Of a stretch of 64,000 nucleotides of DNA, positions 56,961 through 64,000 are shown in pieces. The translations under genes were made by a program, and so were the position numbers. This DNA comes from a virus (Duplodnaviria; Caudoviricetes): the IMG/VR virus record IMGVR_UViG_3300032285_001531; one strand, 5' to 3'. Positions within the stretch are counted from its first letter, which is position 1; every line of letters begins with the position of its first letter. The notes beneath the pieces are model-generated. The model was not told the origin of the DNA. It ran no database searches and saw only the letters and a program-made list of their open reading frames with translations.

Positions 56961-59132
56961 ATGGCACAGCCAATTTGGATAACACCCGCAGGACAACAAG
57001 GAATATATCCTTCAAATGTGCCGGCAACAATTGAATTTAAAGCACAACCTGTATATCCTGCAAGAACATTAGTCTATAAAATGTTAAACGGAAGTTTACC
57101 TGCAGGATTGACTATGAATTCGTTAGGTATAGTTACGGGTACACCTGATCCAGTAACATTAGATACAACAAGTACATTTACCATACGTGTAATAGATGAT
57201 TTAGAAAACTTCAGAGATAGAACATTTAGTATTACAATCCTAACTGCTGGTTTTCCGTCATTGGATATTCCATCTGGTATTCTTTTTTCTGTACAAGATA
57301 GTATATATGTTGATTATCAAATAAAATATACAGTACCCATTAAAGATAATTCTGCACAAATTATTCTCTCATCAGGTGCATTGCCACCGGGACTTTACTT
57401 GCAAAGTTCAGGAAGAATTACTGGATATGCCAGTCCTCCTTTATCAGTTTTAGGTAATCCAGTTACACGAATATATAATTTTACAGTTACACTAATAACT
57501 AGTTTAGGAACTACTTTTGCAAACTACGAAATTCAAGTTAGAAATTTTGAATTACATAATGCAGGAGTTAAACCTAGAAATCCAGTCATATTAAATTATC
57601 AACCAGAAATTTTACCTGTACCAAAAAACGATCCATATTATGATTATTATATAGTAAATAATCCAATGCCTGTTATTGAAAGCGGAACTAAGTTTGCATA
57701 TAAGATAATAGGAAAAGATTTTGATAATGACAATTTAACATACAATTATAGTAATTTACCTTTAGGTTTAGTAGGGGACACAACTACAGGATGGATTACT
57801 GGTGTTCCTGTTATTGGTAAAGGTATTAGTTCATATAAGTTTCAAGTAGTTGTAATAAAAAATTCAAATAGCTTATCAACTGATGTAGTAACCTTCTCCT
57901 TTATGGTATACAATGAAGTTAAACAAGACATAACTTGGGTATCTGATTCTAATTTAGGAACAGTAAACAATAATGAAATTAGTACATTGCAAATTGAAGC
58001 TAGTTCAAATCAAGAATTAACATATCGTGTAATCAGCGGAACATTACCAGCTAATCTTTCACTTAATACATCAGGTGAACTAATAGGACGAGTTGCATAT
58101 CAGCCTACTGATACGTTGACAGCAAAGGGTCAAACAACATCTTATACATTTACAGTAGAAGCGATTGCACTAAACTATCCTTTAGTTAATGCCACTAAAA
58201 CTTTTACTCTGAATGTATATCAGTATTATGATACACCTACAGAAAACGTTTACTTTAAAGCTACACCTACTTTAGCCGAGAGAACTATCATTGATTCATT
58301 GTTATCTAACACCGATTTAATTCCTAACAATTACTTATATAGACCAACCGATGTGAATTTTGGTAAAGCTAAAGACATAAATTTTGTACATGCATATGGT
58401 ATGAACGCAAGTACTGCTGAACAATACGTAGCTGCTATTCAAAAGAATCATTATTGGAGAAACGTTACTTTAGGACCTATAAAAACTGCTATTGCACGTG
58501 ATGATATGGGTAATATTATTTACGAAGTGGTTTACAGTGAGATTAATGATGATTTAGTAAATTCAAGTGGAGTTAGTATTCCGCAAGAAATTACATGGCC
58601 ATTTAGAGTTAGTTTAGAATTAGGTCCTTGGATAACTTCGGATCCAAACATATACACCAGCTTTATTGATGACATGAATGGTAATGAAGCATATTATACA
58701 AGCTTGACTCCTGGCTCAACTGATAAATTTTATCCAGCAAGTTTTCAAAACATGCGCCTAGAAACAGCATCATTTTTAGGACAAAGTTATGATGGTAAAT
58801 TATTACCTAGATGGATGTACACACAGCAATTAAATGGAAGTGTTTTGGGTTATATTCAAGCATGGGTAATTTGTTATACCAAACCTAGAACATCAACTAC
58901 TGTGTATTCGGATATAATAGTAAACAATATTAAAGCAAATTGGGCACATAAGTTAAATGAGATTAACTTTACTATTGATAGATATTATATTGATAAGAGT
59001 AGTACATACAACTATAACAGTTATCTGAGTACTCCAGCATGGAATAAGTTACCTAGTGCGGATCCTACACCTGATCCATTAAACACTAAAGACTTTACTA
59101 TTGCATTTCCCAGAAAAACAATTTTGCCATAA
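56961..59132 (+). CDS. Baseplate wedge-like protein with putative Ig (He_PIG-type) repeats
   Basis: Repeated GSLPAGLT/GALPPGLY/GTLPANLS ... G.ITG.P units; C-terminal LPRWM...LGYIQAWVICYTKP. Confidence 0.65.
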   Translation: MAQPIWITPAGQQGIYPSNVPATIEFKAQPVYPARTLVYKMLNGSLPAGLTMNSLGIVTGTPDPVTLDTTSTFTIRVIDDLENFRDRTFSITILTAGFPSLDIPSGILFSVQDSIYVDYQIKYTVPIKDNSAQIILSSGALPPGLYLQSSGRITGYASPPLSVLGNPVTRIYNFTVTLITSLGTTFANYEIQVRNFELHNAGVKPRNPVILNYQPEILPVPKNDPYYDYYIVNNPMPVIESGTKFAYKIIGKDFDNDNLTYNYSNLPLGLVGDTTTGWITGVPVIGKGISSYKFQVVVIKNSNSLSTDVVTFSFMVYNEVKQDITWVSDSNLGTVNNNEISTLQIEASSNQELTYRVISGTLPANLSLNTSGELIGRVAYQPTDTLTAKGQTTSYTFTVEAIALNYPLVNATKTFTLNVYQYYDTPTENVYFKATPTLAERTIIDSLLSNTDLIPNNYLYRPTDVNFGKAKDINFVHAYGMNASTAEQYVAAIQKNHYWRNVTLGPIKTAIARDDMGNIIYEVVYSEINDDLVNSSGVSIPQEITWPFRVSLELGPWITSDPNIYTSFIDDMNGNEAYYTSLTPGSTDKFYPASFQNMRLETASFLGQSYDGKLLPRWMYTQQLNGSVLGYIQAWVICYTKPRTSTTVYSDIIVNNIKANWAHKLNEINFTIDRYYIDKSSTYNYNSYLSTPAWNKLPSADPTPDPLNTKDFTIAFPRKTILP

Positions 59133-59167
59133 AAATTTAAATAAATATATAACGGATTAAGACAACT

Positions 59168-60196
59168 ATGAGTTCAATAAACACAAACGGAATGAATGTA
59201 AACTACCCAGTATCTGGGATCAATAACTCTACACAGGGTTTTAGAGATAATTTCAGCTCCATCAAAAACAACCTAGACACTGCAGCGAGTGAACTAACCG
59301 ATTTGCAAAACAAGGTAGTTTTAAAGTCTGCACTTACTGGCACTAACTTAAACAATGACATGGCTAACAGTTTAATCAGCAATGCATTAACTAAGAGTTT
59401 CAGAGCAAGTACTTATAATTTGGGTAATAATATATCCGGAACTCTTACTGTTAATGTAAGTCAAGGTGATGTACAATACGGTACAATCACTGCTAACACT
59501 ACACTACAACTTGGAGGATGGGCTCCTGTAGGAACACAAAGCAATGTACAATTACAGTTCAGTATAGCAAACGCAAATGCATATATTACACTTCCAAATA
59601 CAACAACAGATGTAGATAATATTCCAAATGCTGGTATGACATTTACTGCATTGCAAATAGAAAACTATTTTAGTAATGCAACTCCTACTGCATCTGGATC
59701 ATATACTAATATCATTGGAATTCCAAATGGTGTTAGTCAAGTAAACTATACATTGTCAACTACTAATTGCGGAACCACAGTAGATATTTTACCAATTAAT
59801 AGAAATCAAAAAGCAACATTCATTGGTTCAGGTACTCCTAATGTTTCAAATGTAACAGCAACAGGTACAATCACAGTAGCTACTAATAGCCCTGCAATTA
59901 CCGGAGCAGGCACTGCATTCACAACTGAATTGGTTGTGGGAAGAGCAATTTTAAATTCATCAAATGTATTGATTGGTTATATTGCTAATATCACTAGTAC
60001 TACTGCAGCTAATCTAACAGCTAATTCTGCTCTTTCAATTACCGGTGGTTCATACAGACGCCAATTACCAATTGGTAGTCCGGGCGACACATTAGGCACT
60101 TTCCAAACTGACGGAACATACGTATATGTTTGTACAGCAAATTATGCAGGTGGAAATACAACAGTTTGGAAAAGAATTACACCGAGTAGTTACTAA
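59168..60196 (+). CDS. Virion structural protein (baseplate/fibre adaptor-like)
   Basis: YPVSGINNSTQGFRDNFSSIKNNL N-terminus; T/N/S/G-rich; ATAAATA at 59141-59147. Confidence 0.6.
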   Translation: MSSINTNGMNVNYPVSGINNSTQGFRDNFSSIKNNLDTAASELTDLQNKVVLKSALTGTNLNNDMANSLISNALTKSFRASTYNLGNNISGTLTVNVSQGDVQYGTITANTTLQLGGWAPVGTQSNVQLQFSIANANAYITLPNTTTDVDNIPNAGMTFTALQIENYFSNATPTASGSYTNIIGIPNGVSQVNYTLSTTNCGTTVDILPINRNQKATFIGSGTPNVSNVTATGTITVATNSPAITGAGTAFTTELVVGRAILNSSNVLIGYIANITSTTAANLTANSALSITGGSYRRQLPIGSPGDTLGTFQTDGTYVYVCTANYAGGNTTVWKRITPSSY

Positions 60197-60208
60197 CTAA
60201 ATATGTGA

Positions 60209-60445
60209 ATGCAACATCCATTCATACACGATTTGAGTGAAAAAACACTAGATGAATTACAGACTTCCATTTCGGATTTAAACAAAAAACTTAATTTTGC
60301 ATACAGAATTCAAAATGGTGCCATGATTAATCAACTTAGAATGATTTTGGAAAGCTATAATTCTGAAAATACCAAACGAATGGATGAACTTTACAAGAAG
60401 CAAAACATCCAGAATCAAATCAATATATCAAGCGATAAAAAATGA
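60209..60445 (+). CDS. Small helical-hairpin protein
   Basis: TAAATA-N5-ATG start; DLSEKTLDELQTSISDLNKKL. Confidence 0.65.
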   Translation: MQHPFIHDLSEKTLDELQTSISDLNKKLNFAYRIQNGAMINQLRMILESYNSENTKRMDELYKKQNIQNQINISSDKK

Positions 60446-61065
60446 CAGCAAGAATTAGCAAAAGCTTTGTGTTCCAGTCAGGCGTTTATTTTAACGATTC
60501 ATTTATAATGAACGTATATGACGTAGAAATGCATTTTAACATACACACCGAAAATATACGTGAACAAAATATTTCACTAGAAAGAGTTAAATTCTTTATA
60601 CGAGAGAATATAGAAAGTGCTGTATTTGTTGAAGAAAAAAATAAAACAGTAATAGATAGTTTTGTTGATGCAGGTATTAAAGTATGTGCATTACCAGAAG
60701 AACCTTATGACCAAATTATAGGTATTATGTTGTTGTGTAAATTAAATGCTATTATGGAAGATAGAATGGAATTATCTGACATCTCAATCACTAGTTGGAT
60801 GAGCGATGGTGTAACATGTAATCATTCAATTGATGAAAGCATGGGACCATTTGTTGATAGTGGATGGTGGAATGACAATACTCCAAGAGCATATGTTTCT
60901 AAGTCAAATGCAACCAAATCTAAGAAATTGGTTAAACTAGTTAAGTCTATGTATTCATGGGATGAAGTTTATTTGGGTTGGGGAGAGAATATAGAACCGA
61001 CAAACACCTTTAATAGTGAAGTAGTATTTGCTTGTTTTGACAAAAAGGTTGACAAAAAAGATTGA
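60442..61065 (+). CDS. Degenerate T-fold (QueD/PTPS-like) protein
   Basis: Segment order matches QueD (ISKSFVF ~ LFKDFTF, EPYDQII ~ NPTSEVL, LSDISIT ~ LSAVMVK), but the His/Cys catalytic residues are absent. Confidence 0.45.
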   Translation: MTARISKSFVFQSGVYFNDSFIMNVYDVEMHFNIHTENIREQNISLERVKFFIRENIESAVFVEEKNKTVIDSFVDAGIKVCALPEEPYDQIIGIMLLCKLNAIMEDRMELSDISITSWMSDGVTCNHSIDESMGPFVDSGWWNDNTPRAYVSKSNATKSKKLVKLVKSMYSWDEVYLGWGENIEPTNTFNSEVVFACFDKKVDKKD

Positions 61066-61095
61066 CTTATCTAGTTTTTATGTTATACTAGTAAA

Positions 61096-61602
61096 ATGAG
61101 AACAGATATATATGGTCAACAAATATTCACAGAAAACGAAGTATGTGAGATATATCTAACCAATCCCGATATTAAAATACAATCTATCCTAGTAGACACT
61201 ACAGTCACAATTGATGACGCACTAGAGTTAGAGAGTACACCTGATATTCGCACATATATTGATCAAAAAATATCATTAGCAGAATTTGATTTAAACAATC
61301 AAAATAAATGGTTCATCCCAAATAGTTACAAATCATTGGACATAGCACAGTTTGTGTTAGACCAATGCAAAAGCGAAGCAGAACTACAACGAGCAGGTTC
61401 TGAATTGCTATTATTCCAAGAACGTAACTTATTCCCATTATTGTGTTACTTGAAATATTTGGTAGATACGATGAGAGATAATAATATAGTTTGGGGAGTA
61501 GGCAGGGGTAGTAGTGTTGCCAGCTTTGTATTATTTCTTTTGGGAGTACATAGGATAAATAGTTTATACTATGACTTGAGCATAGAAGAATTTCTAAAAT
61601 AG
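61096..61602 (+). CDS. dnaE: Miniature DNA polymerase III alpha-like protein, N-terminal half of the catalytic core
   Basis: NIVWGVGRGSSVASFVLFLLGVHRINSLYYDLSIEEFLK ~ DnaE [36 protein letters not shown]. Confidence 0.8.
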   Translation: MRTDIYGQQIFTENEVCEIYLTNPDIKIQSILVDTTVTIDDALELESTPDIRTYIDQKISLAEFDLNNQNKWFIPNSYKSLDIAQFVLDQCKSEAELQRAGSELLLFQERNLFPLLCYLKYLVDTMRDNNIVWGVGRGSSVASFVLFLLGVHRINSLYYDLSIEEFLK

Positions 61603-61612
61603 GAGAAATATT

Positions 61613-61924
61613 ATGTCAAATTACAGAAGCGCAATGGGCAGACCAGTTGATATGGCAGCTATGGTTACTAAGAACGAAAAGGTAAGAGCAGTTGGAAACA
61701 TGCGTGTTAATGCACGTGGTGATCTATTGGATCACAATAATCAAATCATACAAGATTCTACTACACGAGTAGCAGAAAATTATAATCAAACTGTAAACAG
61801 TCAAGCACCAAAACCATCACATCAAAGTGCACCTACTATCCGCAATCAAATTGATCTCTCTGAGTTAAATGATGCAGAGCGTGAAGTATTTGAGGATGAC
61901 ACTGAAGTTGTCAAAAAAGATTAA
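61613..61924 (+). CDS. Conserved hypothetical protein
   Basis: SD AGGAG; AVGNMRVNARGDLL motif. Confidence 0.7.
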   Translation: MSNYRSAMGRPVDMAAMVTKNEKVRAVGNMRVNARGDLLDHNNQIIQDSTTRVAENYNQTVNSQAPKPSHQSAPTIRNQIDLSELNDAEREVFEDDTEVVKKD

Positions 61925-61969
61925 CCAAACACTTTGATTTTTTAACACAAATTATATATTATACAATTT

Positions 61970-62332
61970 ATGACAGAATACGCCTTTCAACCTCACAAAG
62001 TAAGTGAATTAACAGCATTGCATGACACTATAATAGTCAGTGACATGTCCTTTGATTCACGTATAACATCTAGCGGTATTATACTTCCGGGTGATGATAC
62101 AAAATTAGCGGGAATTAGACCTAGATGGTGTAAAGTATATGCAGTAGGTCCTGAACAAACTTCAGTTCAGCCTGGGCAATATATTTTAGTTGCACATGGA
62201 CGTTGGACTAGGGGTGTTAAGATAGAAGATGACGAGGGTGAGAAAACTATTCGTAAAGTAGATCCTGAAGAAATACTTATGGTTAGTGATGAACCCATTA
62301 CTGATGACACAATGAGTGATAAGGTTATATAA
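61970..62332 (+). CDS. groES: GroES-like co-chaperonin
   Basis: LTALHDTIIV, mobile loop TSSGIILP, KVYAVGP, VQPGQYILV. Confidence 0.82.
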   Translation: MTEYAFQPHKVSELTALHDTIIVSDMSFDSRITSSGIILPGDDTKLAGIRPRWCKVYAVGPEQTSVQPGQYILVAHGRWTRGVKIEDDEGEKTIRKVDPEEILMVSDEPITDDTMSDKVI

Positions 62333-62682
62333 TGAAATGGTTTAAAAAATGGATGTTTAGAATGTTTCAAGAGGGCAGAGATATTATTGAAGAAGAAATT
62401 TATAGTGTTTCTGATAATAATGTTCCTGAACGAATACGTAGAGGCATTAATAAATCTAAAGGAATTCATGGAATAACAGCAGCATCAGATCATAGTCCTA
62501 GCACACCTAGTATTAACTTTCAAATCTATCCTGCAACAGGTGGATATGTAGCAGAGATTACTTATTACGATGAAAAGTCGGATAGTACTATTCGTTCCCT
62601 GCATGTTATTCCAACTACAGACTTTTCTGAACTAGGTTCTAGTATCAGTAAAATCATTACAATTGAGATGTTAAAGCGATGA
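62332..62682 (+). CDS. Hypothetical protein
   Basis: Packed in the operon; INFQIYPATGGYVAE beta motif. Confidence 0.65.
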   Translation: MKWFKKWMFRMFQEGRDIIEEEIYSVSDNNVPERIRRGINKSKGIHGITAASDHSPSTPSINFQIYPATGGYVAEITYYDEKSDSTIRSLHVIPTTDFSELGSSISKIITIEMLKR

Positions 62683-63605
62683 AAAATTCTTTATGGGTTG
62701 AAAAATATCGTCCGAATAAAGTAGAAGATTATGTATTCGTTAACGATGCACAAAAGAATCAAGTGTTGGGCTGGATTAAAGATGGTTCAATCCCTCACTT
62801 ATTACTCAGTGGTGATCCAGGTACAGGTAAAACTACACTAGCAAAAGTATTGATTAATGAGTTAGGTGTTAGTGAATATGATGTATTAGAAATCAATGCA
62901 TCACGTGAAAACAGTGTTGACACAGTTCGTAATAAGATACTAGGCTTTGCACAAACAATGCCTTTCGGCACATTTAAGATTGTGTTACTTGATGAGGCTG
63001 ATTATCTAACTCCGGCAGGTCAAGCAGCATTACGTAGTGATATGGAAGCATATCATGAAACTTGTAGATTTATTCTTACTTGTAATTATGAATATCGTAT
63101 CATTCCTGCACTACGTGAGAGTCGTTGCTATAAGTTTCATATCGCTAAGCCAGATCAAGCAGAGTTTACAGCACGTGCAGCAACCGTATTGATTACTGAG
63201 CAAATAGAATTTGATATTGATATATTGGATAGTTATGTTCGCACAACCTATCCTGATTTACGTAAATGTTTAAATCAATTACAAGTAAACAGTGCATCAG
63301 GGTCATTAGTTTCTCCGATTGAAGAAACATCAAGCGAAGATAGTTTGTTAATTGCAGCAACTGACCAATTCAAAGCAGGTAAGATTCTTGAGGGTAGACA
63401 AGAATTAATGCAATACTTAGAAATGCATCCTACAAAACTAGAGGATATATATCGCTGGATGTATAATAACTTAGACTTATGGGGTAAATCAAATGAAACA
63501 CGAGATGCAGCTATCGTTAAAATACGTGACGGTTTAGTTAATCTTTCATTAGTAGGTATTCCAGAAATCAGTCTAGCAGCAACATTAGTGGAGTTAACAA
63601 GTTGA
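62679..63605 (+). CDS. gp44: Clamp loader large ATPase subunit (gp44/RFC-like)
   Basis: LWVEKYRP, GDPGTGKTT, LEINAS, LLDEAD, FILTCNY, SRC. Confidence 0.92.
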   Translation: MKNSLWVEKYRPNKVEDYVFVNDAQKNQVLGWIKDGSIPHLLLSGDPGTGKTTLAKVLINELGVSEYDVLEINASRENSVDTVRNKILGFAQTMPFGTFKIVLLDEADYLTPAGQAALRSDMEAYHETCRFILTCNYEYRIIPALRESRCYKFHIAKPDQAEFTARAATVLITEQIEFDIDILDSYVRTTYPDLRKCLNQLQVNSASGSLVSPIEETSSEDSLLIAATDQFKAGKILEGRQELMQYLEMHPTKLEDIYRWMYNNLDLWGKSNETRDAAIVKIRDGLVNLSLVGIPEISLAATLVELTS

Positions 63606-63862
63606 GATATTTTTTAATCACATTCAAAAGAAAAGCCGGCGGGCAAATTGACGAAGAAGTCAGCATAGCACGTAATCTAAAACCCAATGACATTACTATG
63701 TGTAATGTTATTATGGACTTTAAACAAAGGAAAGTAGAACGTTGCTTTATTGAAGGTAAGGTACTAGATACTGATTGGGATAAGCTACGTGAATACTATC
63801 ACAAAGTATACCCTACAATAATAGAAAATTTAGATAATGCAAACAGAGTAGAAGGGGAATAA
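63602..63862 (+). CDS. Hypothetical protein
   Basis: Overlaps the gp44 stop; 86 aa. Confidence 0.6.
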   Translation: MRYFLITFKRKAGGQIDEEVSIARNLKPNDITMCNVIMDFKQRKVERCFIEGKVLDTDWDKLREYYHKVYPTIIENLDNANRVEGE

Positions 63863-63876
63863 TCCCCTTCTTTTTA
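63851..63876. terminator. Hairpin between convergent genes, probable terminator
   Basis: GAAGGGGA-ATAA-TCCCCTTC followed by a T-run. Confidence 0.75.
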
Positions 63877-64000
63877 CTCATACATTGTCAAGATATGTTC
63901 AATTAGATGATGCCTCTGCACATCTTTAAGTTCGAGTTGACAAAGTTCAATTCCCGGAATATTTAGTTTAACTATTCGTTGTTGTAAATCTAATAATCCG
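63874..64000 (-). CDS. phoH: 3' end of a PhoH-like protein (gene starts beyond the window)
   Basis: Minus-strand translation GLLDLQQRIVKLNIPGIELCQLELKDVQRHHLIEHILTMYE* matches the PhoH C-terminal D(V/I)xRH...IL..YE pattern; absent from the ORF track. Confidence 0.65.
   Translation of the reverse strand, partial: GLLDLQQRIVKLNIPGIELCQLELKDVQRHHLIEHILTMYE

Noticed and set aside
1-64000. Bacterial chromosome or prophage origin (RecA-, IscA-, GroES-, DnaE-like genes)
   Set aside because: T4-like structural and replication modules, TAAATA late promoters, no integrase and no host operons.
1-64000. Stop-codon reassignment, tRNA genes, group I introns
   Set aside because: Standard-code ORFs tile the window with short gaps (all under about 160 bp) and core genes are uninterrupted. 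No tRNA cloverleaf with T-loop consensus was spotted by eye; tRNAscan-SE was not run.

Overview
AT-rich, gene-dense 64 kb segment of a large lytic myophage distantly related to T4 (jumbo-phage-like; host not identifiable from this window). No tRNA, rRNA, CRISPR array, integrase or transposase was seen. Replication and recombination genes: gp32-like SSB, UvsX, UvsY, UvsW, primase, helicase, both clamp-loader subunits, and DEDDh and PD-(D/E)xK nucleases. Virion genes: neck gp13/14/15, a 1197-aa sheath, tube, gp4-like nuclease, a probable small terminase, 3148-aa and 2020-aa fibres, baseplate proteins and probable internal head proteins. Auxiliary genes: IscA, GroES, MazG-like, Nudix, dNMP kinase, GH19 lysin and a PhoH tail. 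Four signals stand out. (1) A miniature C-family (DnaE) polymerase core is split, without an intein, into two genes 50 kb apart; the break falls between two motifs adjacent in DnaE, and all catalytic motifs are kept. (2) Five replication genes share TG-N-TATA(A/C)T-N6-ATG with no SD, suggesting a leaderless regulon, and a parallel set of late genes has TAAAT(A/T)-N4-5-ATG. (3) Several structured leaders overlap late promoters and ribosome-binding sites, including a four-way junction at 29.4 kb. (4) Head proteins look like Glu-punctuated polyproteins with shared N- and C-terminal tags. All protein assignments come from motif recognition by eye, not database searches.
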